From Sminthopsis crassicaudata (lineage: Eukaryota), in the NCBI RefSeq assembly GCF_048593235.1, contig NC_133617.1, positions 260,050,937 through 260,114,936 of the forward strand: a DNA stretch of 64,000 bases, written 5' to 3'. Position numbers and translations under genes: made by a program. The notes below the pieces were generated by a model that was not told where the DNA came from, searched no databases, and saw only the letters and a list, made by a program, of their open reading frames with translations. Positions 23,901 through 34,989 of the stretch are shown here, one piece after another (within the stretch, counting starts at the first letter, position 1; each line of letters begins with the position of its first letter).

Positions 23901-24669
23901 CTACCATTTTCAGTGTATTTATCTTATGTGTGCTGCTTTACGGATGTATGTTATTGACATTTATTTGTAATATCTTTGAGGGCAGCAAGAGGTTTTATCA
24001 CTTCCCTTACACCTCCCCTTTCCCTAGAGTTTAGCACAAAATAAGAGTTTAACAAATACTTGGCAGATTGATTTGATTGAAAGCTAGATCTATGGTTTAG
24101 ACACCTTAATCCTGGGATATGTGTTACTAAAGTTGCTTCACTGTCATACTATTATTGTTATTTCCCTACTTTATTTTGTTTCTAAAGGAAAGGAGAAAAG
24201 TAAAAAAGATGACTTTTAATGAGAATCTATTATTATAATCTCTTGAGGTCACAATTTTATGAACCCTATAAGGAAAAGGGGTGTGTGTGTCATTACAGGC
24301 TTTGTTGGATATCTTTTGGATATCACCAAATCATTCACCTGATGATATTGAAGGACATGTAAAGAAAGGACATAATAAAGGACAAGCCCCTCTTATAGAA
24401 GCCTAGGACTTGGTTGTCCTTACGGAAGTAGAGGTAGCAACAACTAACTATTCTACAAACAATAGCTTATAGTGAAGCTGCTTTAGATATGATTTTTTAA
24501 AAATGTCTTCATGATTAGTGATCCCAAAATGGAATGAAACTCTCACAATATACAGGGTGAAATACCTTTTGTTTTAGGGTATGCTATGAAAAGGGAGATT
24601 ATTATTCTGGTTCTACTGTTGGTCTTAGATTATCTCTGAAGTCCTAAAATAATAGTGTTGAAGGTCATC

Positions 24670-24840
24670 TAGTTCTCAGCTTTTTAAAATGATTCTCAAA
24701 TCCATATAAGGTCTTGTAACTGGAATGTGGGAGTTGCTAAATTATGATTTATTATCACTAAATGTTTGATTTGCATATTTATATAACTAGGGTCATGTAA
24801 AAATTTCTTGGGTGGAAAGAGTTTAAGAAACCTTGATCTT
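24670..24840. mobile_element. hAT-like MITE; related copies at about 40130-40340 and 49720-49895
   Basis: All three share aattatgatttattat...aaatgtttgatttg and the end aaagtttaagaa(a/g)cc(t/c)tg. Confidence 0.55.
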
Positions 24841-25016
24841 AGTCCCAAATCCTCATTCTTTAGAGGCGGAACTGCATCAGAATTTGACCAAGTTCTAGTT
24901 TGAATGCAGTGTTACTGATGTTAGAACAAGTGCTCTTTCTACTACTGCATATTAGCTATCTTCAATTTTGAGATTTGTGACTTCATAAGATTAATTTTGT
25001 TCATTAATGTTGGCAG

Positions 25017-25906
25017 GGAAGTCCTGGAAGGCGTTACCTCTGGCCGAGAAGAGGCCCTTTGTGGAGGAGGCCGAGCGGCTGCGGGTGCAGCACATGCAGG
25101 ACTACCCCAATTACAAATACCGGCCTAGGAGGAGGAAGCAGGTGAAGAGGCTGAAGCGGGTGGAGAGTGGCTTCCTTCACAACCTTCCTGAGCACCTGGG
25201 CTCAGGGCTGGATTCAGAGGGCAGAGTGTGTGTGGACAGCCTGGGAGTGCCGTTCCATGAGCAGACCTACCACCATGGCCAGGGAGTGCTACCTCCTCAG
25301 ATGGGACACTACCGTGAATGCCAGAGTTTAGGTCCGGCCTCTCAGTTTGACAGCTACAATTTGCCAACCCCGGAGGCTTCTCCTATGGATGGGATGGAAT
25401 CAGATGCAGCTTTCTTCACCTCCTCACTCCAAGGAGACTGCCAGCCAGGACCCTATAGCTATCCTGTAACCTCTGAGTACTATGTACATCCTGACTCTCC
25501 TCTAGGTCCTGTGCACCAGAAACACATGCAGGAACCCCTGGCACACTCATTGCAGAGCCTGATGGGTCCCTCCAACCCTCTGCATATGTATCGTGGTCCC
25601 CCAGGCTCCCCCCAAGCTGGGAGCAGTGTCCATGGTTTTCAGATGCTGCATCAGTCAGGATCTAGTCAGCCCTCTCCTCCTCCAGAGGCCCTGGCCTGCA
25701 GGGAAGGTCTGAGTGCCAGCCAACCTGCTGAGGTCCAACAGTCTGGAATCCACACAGAATTTGAACAGTATCTTCATCATTTATGCAAAGCAGAGTTGGG
25801 GCTTGTCTCTCCAGGTCCTGATGGTGACCATAACCCTTCAACTATTTCCTCTATCATGTCAGATGCTAGTTCTATAGTCTATTACCATAATTATGAAAAC
25901 ATATGA
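25017..25906 (+). CDS. SOX17: SOX17-like tandem paralogue (copy 2), coding exon 2 (spliced protein 406 aa)
   Basis: Acceptor ggcAG at 25015-25016 in the phase needed to join exon 15218-15548; uninterrupted frame [14 protein letters not shown]...TEFEQYL...[16 protein letters not shown]; TGA 25904-25906. Confidence 0.92.
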
Positions 25907-26107
25907 TGCTCTGTGTTCTTCACCGACTGAAGCCAATAATACAAAAGTTGTTGAAGTCTCTTTGCCAGTGAAGGCAAACTAAAGATGTACTGTGTCCCAA
26001 TTTTTTCCAGTTATGTGGGCATTCTTTTAGTTTTATTTAAACTTAAAGCCTTCACATTTCCTGTGGGTATTTGCTAAAGAAAATAATGATAAACCTATGA
26101 ATCATTT

Positions 26108-26412
26108 TTCTTTGTAAAACATTTACATTTCCAGCTACACTTTTTAGACCTTTTTGAATCTACAAATCAGAATAATTTTTTTTTCTCAAGGAAAAACCTT
26201 GTTTCTCAGGAAAGTTGTGAGATTATTTAGCCTGTTTAGTTTCAAAGGCTCTAGTTAAAATTCTTTGTAAAACATTTACATTTCCAACTATACTTTTTAG
26301 ACCTTATTGAATCTACAAATTAGAATAATTTTTTTTCTCAAGGAAAAACCTTGTTTCTCAGGAAAGTTGTAAGGTTATTTAGTCTGTTAAGTTTCAAAAG
26401 CTCTAGTTAAAA
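26108..26412. repeat. Direct tandem duplication, 2 x 152-153 bp, in copy 2 3' UTR
   Basis: CTTTGTAAAAC at 26110 and 26263; CTCTAGTTAAAA at 26249 and 26401. Confidence 0.92.
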
Positions 26413-26456
26413 GTGTTCTCTACCTCTAAAGAATATCACCAAAGAGGGAAAAAAAT

Positions 26457-26462
26457 AATAAA
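26457..26462 (+). terminator. Candidate polyadenylation signal of copy 2
   Basis: First AATAAA noticed after the stop (about 550 nt), with GU-rich ggttgtggtg downstream. Confidence 0.45.
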
Positions 26463-28529
26463 CTTGATGAAAGGTTGTGGTGATTATTGCTACATGAAGT
26501 TGAATAATAATCAAGGCTTTCTTATGCATATATTCATGAATGTAATCTTGCTTTTTATATCATCTGCATTTTAAAATAGATGTCCCTTACATTTCAAACA
26601 ATGTAAAAAAGACTTTGTCAATATAATCAATCAAGTCTGCTATCATATGCTGTTTCACATCCACAATCTCCTATAGAATCTGTCTTCCCATAACTTTCAT
26701 AATTTTATAAGATTTAGTTTTGCTCTTGTTTTTTTATTCTGCCATTAATTTTGTGATAGTCATTGTACACATTGTTTTTCTGATTCTATCAATTATGTTT
26801 TATTTTGCATTATTTCATAGAAGTCTTTTTATGGTTCTCTATTCTCCCTAATCATGATTTGTTACTTCAAAGTAATATTTCATTGTATTCATACACCACC
26901 ATTCCCTAGCTTATGGACTTCTATTTTTTTTTTAATTCTTTGCTACTACAAAAGTGTTTTATTGAAAGTAAATATGGAGCCATTTTTTCTATCCCTGGAC
27001 CTTCTTGGGGTATGTGATTTTTTTTTTTTGAGTAAATTCTTTCTATTGGACCTTGGTGTCCCATATAGGAGAATTTCCCTCGAAATAAGGTATTAAACTT
27101 GGCTCCGTTAGGATTAGAAGAGAATCTCTAGGCAGAATCTATGGCCTGTGTTATTACTGTTGAGAATCCCTGCTATGGTAATTCTTTAGGTTCAGTCTAG
27201 CAGAAGAATAGATTAGTAGCTTTAACTAGGGGGGACCATTTTGGAAAAGGGTCCTCTTCTGTCACTATTAGCAGCAACTGCTGACCAAATGACTTGAAAG
27301 AATAGACCACCCCAAGAACCCTGGAAGTGATTTTCCTCAATTACTTCTGTTTCCAAATCAGCCATCATTCCAAAAATCAGTCTGTCAAGATGTGGCCAAG
27401 CTATTTAAGACTTAGCAAAAGAAGGTTATCGCTATCACTAGATGTCCTTACCATTGTTAAATTGTCAATTAAAAAAAAAAAACACTAAGATTTTGTCAGT
27501 GAAAATAAAAAAGTTATATCATTTATTATTTTGTGTATCAACCCTTAAATATCAAAGGACTTTTAAAACTAGTTTGTAGCTGAAACTACCTTCTATTTGT
27601 ATTCCTAGAGCTCAGAGTACTATTTGAACATATGTAAGTGCTTAATAAGTAATTTTAAAAATTTCATTTGTGCAGCAGCTAAGGATCTACACAAGACATC
27701 CAGGGAAATACATATGTAGGATCAGTTAAAGTCAGTAATAAAATAGGATTATGGTACTCGCAATTTTTAGTCTTTCCTGGCCTTTTGTTTCTGTATACTA
27801 TGATAAATGGCACCAATGAACTGTTTTGTGTATACTAAGATTTTTTTTTTCTCCAGTGATGAATCCACCTCAGTAATTCTCCAATCAGGTGACAACTATT
27901 ATAGATAAGGTATTCTTGTTGGGTTCCTCTGCATCCTTTCCCTTTGATATACTTTCTAACACAATTCAATGACAAATATTAAATTCACTATGTATAAAGT
28001 AGGCAAGATAGATGGTTACATGGGCTAGAGCTTTGGGCCTAAAGTTGGGAAAGAGTCAAAATGTGCCCTCTGGCATTTACTAGTTATATGGCCACGGACA
28101 AATTACTTGAGCTTTAGTTTGCCTCAGTTTCCTCACTAGTAAAATATATTTTCTAGAGTTGTGATGATTGAATGAAAATAGTGTTTAGAGGCCATGTAAC
28201 ACAGGCCTTGGCACAGAGTTAAAAGTTTAATAATACTGGTTTCCTTTTCCCTTTCCCCACCTCAGGGTTTGGGGAGATGCTGTCTTGCCTGTTGGAGACT
28301 TAAGATTTATAGCTAAGAGGAATATAAAGGAGTATACAGAGTCATGCCCTCACAGAGTTTAGAATGTAATTGTGAAGAAGAAAAAAACTACATAGGCAAA
28401 ATGGGTCATGAAACAATTTTTGCTATGTTCACAGGAAATTTAAGTACTACACTTCAGAAGAGACACCTGAATTGAAGCAGTGGGAATCATGTGATTGAGT
28501 ATTAGAACTTCTTAGAATCACTTCTAGTG

Positions 28530-28745
28530 CATATATTCAATTGTGTCCACTTCATGACTCCATTTGGGATTTTCTTTGTAAAAATAGTGGAGTTATTTAT
28601 AGTTTTCCTTTGCAGGTCATTTAATAGCTGGGAAATTGAAGCAAACAGGGTTCAGGATTAAGTGACTTTCCCAGTGTCAAACAACTGAACTTTGAGTTCT
28701 CCTAACTTCAGGACCAATACTCTAATCATTGTGCCACCTAGCACT
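28530..28745 (-). mobile_element. Mar1-type SINE
   Basis: Reverse of CORE head plus RTE-like tail (caattgtgtcc...gactccatttgggattttct...gtgccacctag). Confidence 0.65.
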
Positions 28746-30139
28746 CCCAGAAATTTATACAATCCCCTAATTGTACTGATTAGGATACTCCATTTTCACT
28801 AGGTATCATCCATTCATCTCTGACTCATGGTTTCTTTGAGTATCAGATAAAATTCTACTTTTTGCAAGAAGCCTTACTTGATCTCCCTTAATATTATCTC
28901 TCTGAGATGATTGATCACCATTTTTATCCAGTAGTATTTTTTATACACAGTTGTCTGGATGTTGTATTCCTCCATTAAAGTGGAAGCTTTTTGAAGACAG
29001 GACTATTCTATCTTCCTTTGTGTCCTTTCCTTCCTTCTCCTTTATCCCTTAGAAGCACAGTACTTGTCACATAATAAGACCTTCAATAAATATTGACTTG
29101 ACCCAGAGAAGTGTTAAGCATCTTATTTGAGCTCACTCAGAATTTGAATCTTAAGTCCAATGACTTCAGAACCAATGCCTTTACACGTGCCAAGCTCCTT
29201 GGTAAAAGAAATTTATTTGAAACAATTCAGGACTTGTAAAAACAATGTAGTTTTGACAAATGGCTTAATGAAATCTAGGGAGTCATTTTGTTGGACTCAA
29301 AATAGCTTAAATTAAAATACTTTGATACAATAGAGAGCATGGTCTATGTTTAATATGCAGTTCAGTTCAAATGTCATTCATTGGTCATGTTATCTCTTGA
29401 ATAGCAAAGTTTGTGCATTAGTTTTAACATGCCACTTGAGTTAGCCAAGAAGTATTATGCTTGAAAAAAAAACACATTTCTTTAGACTTAAACAAAGTGG
29501 CTTTTGTAGAGTGAATAAAGCTATTCATACTTTGATAATCATTAAAAATGATCTATTATCTTTTTCAGCTAGTGCCTCACACTGCATTCCTAGTGATATT
29601 GCAGTGCACTAATATCCCAAGGTTTAAAATTTCAAAACAAACCTCTAATACTGTTTTCTTCATCTTTTAAATGTGAAATCATTTTGTATTTCCAAGTGGG
29701 CAGAATTTATATATGTCCCTATTGGAATTCCATCTTACCTCACTTTAGCTCTTTATTCTGGCCTGCAGTGGCCCTATAGATTTTGAATGTCATCCAAGAC
29801 ATTAAGCTATCTCTCTCAGGTATGAGCCATGTAAATCCTATAGGCACCCAGGCAACTTGGGCAATTTTTCCATGTCTGACAAAATATGAAGGCTATATAA
29901 GGACAAATAAAGTTGACGTTACTAAACATTCTTTTGAGTATTTTCAAATTCATTTAATTGTATTATATTTTCCTTGTGCAGAGTTGTTTTTTATTAGAGT
30001 TGTATTTTAGTAGAAGTAGTTAGCCCACATTAATCCACGGTTTCTACAAGGATATCTTTATGATTTGGTAGCTAGGTGGCGCATTCGGCCTGAAATCAGG
30101 AATACCTGAATTCAAAAGTGGACCTTAGTTAGACACAAG

Positions 30140-30335
30140 TCTCTTGGTGGCCATCCCTTCAGTTTCCAGTTTCTGGCCACTACAAAGAGGGCTGCCACAA
30201 ACATTTTTGCACATAGGGGTCTCTTTACCTTCTTCAATATCTCTTTGGGATATAAGCCCAGTAGTAGACACTGCTGGAACTGTGCATATCCACAGTTTGA
30301 TAACTTTGAGTATAGCTCCAAATTGTTCTCCAAAA
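30140..30335 (-). mobile_element. L1 ORF2 C-terminal fragment
   Basis: Translation LLLGLYPKEILKKVKRPLCAKMFVAALFVVARNWKLKG. Confidence 0.85.
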
Positions 30336-32699
30336 TGATTGGATCTGAAACTCCTTTGTTTTCTCCCCTTATTTGTAATATGGGGATGATAGTTATTGTA
30401 AATAAATAAATAAATGAATGAATATATGTGAAGCACTTTGAATAACTTAAGACTATACAAATGTTACCATTTTCTAAATTTTAAGTATTTTCTAAAATGT
30501 CAGTAAAATATAACTATATTCCTCCAATTTACCAACTTACCTGCTAGTTAGTCTGGCCTGACCTATTATTAATTAAACTGTGCTATCTCTTTGTGGTACC
30601 TCTTTTATTTTCCATAAGCTTTTAGATTTCCTTGAATACTTCACCAATTACATCATACATTTTTTAAGTACAGGAGAATGTGATTCATTTGGGTCTTGAC
30701 CCCAATGCCTGCATTTTAGATACTCCCTATTTAGTTAGTTTTAGGTATAAGTTCCTTGCTAGTGATTTTTGTTCTTTCATTTCCAGTTCGTTATCCTTGG
30801 CAAAGGTAACAAAAGCAACATAATGAATAAATATCTCTCTGCCTTTTGTAATTCAGTGAGTTTTGTTCCATTTGACCTTAACTTCTCCAAATTAGGATCG
30901 TTTTGAGTTCTAGCACTCTAGATATTATTTCACAATACCTTTTGTTTCTATCCTTTCTATAGATCTTTTCAAAATCTAATTTGATAAGTTGGCTATGCAT
31001 TCATATCAACTTCTTTGGACAAGTCACAGTTTTGACATGCTTATCATTGTATTTTTAGAATTTTATTCTCAGGAATTTCCCATTTTTCCTCAGCCAACTT
31101 ACCCAATGCAAATTACCTGCCATATCCATCCAGAAGCCATTCAGGGCTAGCAAAATGAATTACATGAGGTGCTCTCCCACAATCTTCCTGCTAAAGTCTT
31201 CCCTTTTTTTCTTCTATGTTCATCTAACTTCTACCATTTCCCCATTTCCACTTCCCTGTGAGGAAGAGAATTCCTGCTCCATTAGACTCAGGCTCACTTC
31301 AAGTCTTCCTATGGTTGTAGGCCAGGTTTTACTATCAGTTCTGCTGTTTCCTTACTTCCCTCCTATGTTGAATAGACATGGAGACTCATGCCAGTTGGGT
31401 GAGTCATCACCAGCTTACTAGGATAAGATGGAAAACCAGTAGACCGTCCCATTTTATTGCTACTACGCCTTCAAGGTCTCTTGAGTACTCATTTCTCTTT
31501 CCATACCCTTCAAATCGTGGGCAATACATTTAGCCTGTGTCTGCAGCCTAAGGATCTTCTGACCTTACTATCTGATCTGCCCAAAGCAACTTTAGAATTT
31601 CAATCAATTAATAAACATTTATCGAGCTTCTGATGTGTGTCAGGTATCGTACTAAGTGCTGACTATACAAAGAAAGACAATCTCTACTCTTGAATTTATA
31701 TTCTGATAGAGACAACATGCAAACATCTATATACAATTAAGGGGCTTCCTGTAAAAAAGCTTCCTGTAAAAGGTGGGTTTTTAGATGGATTGAAGGAAGC
31801 CAGGAGGAGTAGATGAAGGAGAGCATTTTAGGCTTACAGGGCAGCCTGTGAAAGCACCTGGACTAGTGATCTAGGAACAATAAGGAAGTCAGTGTCGCTG
31901 AATCACAATAATATTTGCATATTTGATTCTTGAAATAATAAAGAAGCACTGGATTTTACTGAGTATGGGGTGGCAAGGTCACACATGCAATTCCAGAAGA
32001 CTACTTTGATAGGTGAATGGAATATTGATCAAAATGAGGAGAGATGTGACTAGGAGACCAACCCAATAAGATATTGAAATATTTGGGATATCAGATGATG
32101 AAGATCTGCATCAGGGGAATCAGAGTTCAAAAATAGCCTCAGATACTTAAGACTTACCCGTGTGACCCTGGGTAAGTCACTTAACCCTAACTGCCTTGTC
32201 AAAAGGTAGGAAAAGTTAAGTAGGATGAGGATTGAGAAAAGGTCTTTGGATTTGGCAAATAAGAGATTGATTTCCAGGTCTTTTCATCTACCATACAGGT
32301 GAAACCTCTATATTTTCTTCCCAATTAAAGTGAATTCCCCAAAATCAAGAAGTAGTCCACCTTCTATTTGTGTCCCCAGAGCTTTGACACAGTCAGTGCT
32401 AAATAAATGCTTATTTTTTATTCATTCATAGACTTTTTGTCCTTTGTAAGATCTACTTTATCTTTTCTTTGAACCTTTTGAAGTCTCCTTATCCAGAGTC
32501 AATGTTATATTATATCCCAGCTTTCTAATCTTATCTATCACAAAATCTAGGAGAAATTGGTCATTTTTATTTGAATGCTTCCATCATTTCCACCCTAGCA
32601 ACTATTAACTTTTCAGTGAGGATCGCATCCAAAATGGTCTTTCCTTTTACTGGTTCCTTGACATTTTGAAGGATATATATATTTTTATTTTTAAGTTTT

Positions 32700-33404
32700 T
32701 TTTAATTTATTTTTTATTATAGCTTTTTATATACAAAGCATATGCATGGGTAATTTTTCAATATATCCCCTTGAAAAAACTTCTGTTTCAACTTTTCCTC
32801 TCCTTCCCTCCATCCCCTCTCCTAGGTGGCAATACAATATATGTATACATATTTATACAGTTTATCTTGTTGCACAAGAAAGATCAGATTTAGAAAGAGG
32901 GTAAAAATAACATGAGAAGAAAAAGCAAAAATGTAAGCAAATAATAACAGAAAGAGTGGAAATGTTATGTTGTGGTCCATACTCATTTCCCAGTGTTCTT
33001 TCTCTGGGTGTAGCTGCTTCTGTTCATTATAAATCAATTGGAACTGATTTGGATCCTCTCATTGTTGAAGAGAGCTATGTCCATCAAAATTGATCCTCAT
33101 ACAGTATTGTTGTTGAAGTGTATAATGATCTCCTGGTTCTGCTCATTTCACTCAGCATCAGTTCATGTACGTCTCTCCAGGCCTTTCTAAAATCATCCTG
33201 TTGGTCATTTCTTACAGAACAATAATATTCCATAATATTCATATACCACAATTTATTCAGCCAATCTCCAATTGATGGGAATCCACGTAGCTTCCAGTTT
33301 CTGGCCACCACAAAGAGGGCTGCCACAAACATTCTTGCACATACAGGTCCCTTTCCCTTTTTTAAGATCTCTTTGGGATACAAACACAGTAGCAACGCTG
33401 CTGT
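32700..33404 (-). mobile_element. L1 3' end (ORF2 C-terminus plus 3' UTR)
   Basis: LYPKEILKKGKGPVCARMFVAALFVVARNWKLRGFPSIGDWLNKLWYMNIMEYY plus T-rich tail at about 32700. Confidence 0.9.
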
Positions 33405-33475
33405 GATCCTCTCATTATTGAAGAGAGGATTATCCATCAGATGATTATCATGTTCATCAAAATTGATTATCATGT

Positions 33476-34551
33476 AAAGGTCTCATTTCCAAAATCTATA
33501 GAGAACTGACACTAATTTATAAGAAATCAAACCATTCTCCAATTGATAAATGGTCAAAGGATATGAACAGACAATTCTCAGATGATGAAATTGAAATTAT
33601 ATCCACTCATATGAAAGAGTGTTCCAAATCACTACTGATCAGAGAAATGCAAATTAAGACAACTCTGAGATACCGCTACACACCTGTCAGATTGGCTAAG
33701 ATGACAGGAACAAATAATGATGAATGTTGGAGGGGATGTGGGGAAACTGGGACACTGATGCATTGTTGGTGGAGTTGTGAAAGAATCCAACCATTCTGGA
33801 GAGCAATCTGGAACTATGCCCAAAAAGTTATCAAACTGTGCATACCCTTTGATTCAGCATTGCTGCTATCGGGCTTATATCCCAAAGAAATACTTAAGAT
33901 GGGAAAGGAATCTATATGTGCCAAAATGTTTGTGGCAGCTCTTTTTGTTGTAGCTAGAAACTGGAAGATGAATGGATGCCCATCAATTGGAGAATGGTTG
34001 GGTAAATTGTGGTATATGAAGGTTATGGAATATTATTGCTCTGTAAGAAATGACCAGCAGGAGGAATACAGAGAGGCTTGGAGAGACTTACATCAACTGA
34101 TGCTGAATGAAATGAATAGAACCAGAAGATCTCTGTACACTTCAATGCTGTATGAAGAGGTATTCTGATGGAAGTGGATATCTTCAACATAAAGAAGATC
34201 CAACTCACTTCCAGTTGATCAATGATGGACAGAAACAACTACACCCAGAGAAGGAACACTGGGAAGTGAATGTAAATTGTTAGCACTACTGTCTATCTAC
34301 CCAGGTTACTTATACCTTCGGAATCTAATACTTAATGTGCAACAAGAAAATGGTATTTACACACATGTATTGTATCTGGGTTATATTGTAACATATGTAA
34401 AATGTATGGAATTGCCTGTCATCGGGGGGAGGGAGTGGAGGGAGGGGGGGATAATTTGGAAGAATGAACATAAGGGATAATGTTATAAAAAAAATTACTC
34501 ATGCATATATACTGTCAAAAAATTATAATAAAGTGACTATGCTTTTTTTAA
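33476..34551 (+). mobile_element. 5'-truncated L1 (about 1.07 kb) inserted into an older minus-strand L1
   Basis: ORF 33563-34168 is the L1 ORF2 C-terminal domain (MQIKTTLRYRYTPVRLA...HCWWSC...IWNYA); candidate TSD aaaattgatt(at/gc)catgt at 33459-33475 and 34552-34568. Confidence 0.9.
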
Positions 34552-34965
34552 AAAATTGATTGCCATGTAGTATAGTTGTTGAAGTGTATAATGATCTCCT
34601 GGTTCTGCTCATTTCATTTAACATCAGTTCATGTAAGTCTCTCCAAGCCTCTCTGTATTCATCCTTCTAGTCATTTCTTATAGAACAATAATATTCCATA
34701 ACATTCATATACAACAATTTATTCAGCCATTCTCCAATCGGTGGGCATCCCTTCAATTTCCAGTTTCTAGCCACTATAAAAAGGGCTGCCACAAACATTT
34801 TTGTCTACACAGGTCCCTTTCCCTTCTTTAATACCTCTTTGGGATATAAGTCCAATAGAAACACTGCTGGATCAAAGGGTATACACAATTTGATAACTTT
34901 TTGAGTATAGTTCTCAATTGCTCTCCAGAATGGTTGGATCCGTTCACAACTCCACCAACAATGCA
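34552..34965 (-). mobile_element. L1 ORF2 3' fragment (continuation of 33405-33475)
   Basis: Highly similar to 33090-33400 on the same strand. Confidence 0.85.
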
Positions 34966-34989
34966 TGATCAGTTATTTTAAAGATTTCT

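Noticed and set aside
25007-25016. In-frame intronic ATG giving a 299-aa HMG-truncated product
   Set aside because: Lies in the acceptor region with weak Kozak context (T at -3) and no evident promoter; only 5'-end data could rescue it
15218-25906. Copy 2 as an uncollapsed haplotype or assembly artefact
   Set aside because: Intron, UTR and C-terminus are far too divergent for alleles, and no N gap lies between or within the two genes
15218-25906. Copy 2 as a processed pseudogene
   Set aside because: It has an intron at the ancestral position, a homologous promoter, an intact frame and no poly(A)/TSD
33563-34168. 201-aa ORF and similar ORFs (33084-33473, 36117-36365, 30112-30460) as host genes
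   Set aside because: They are L1 ORF2 C-terminal fragments
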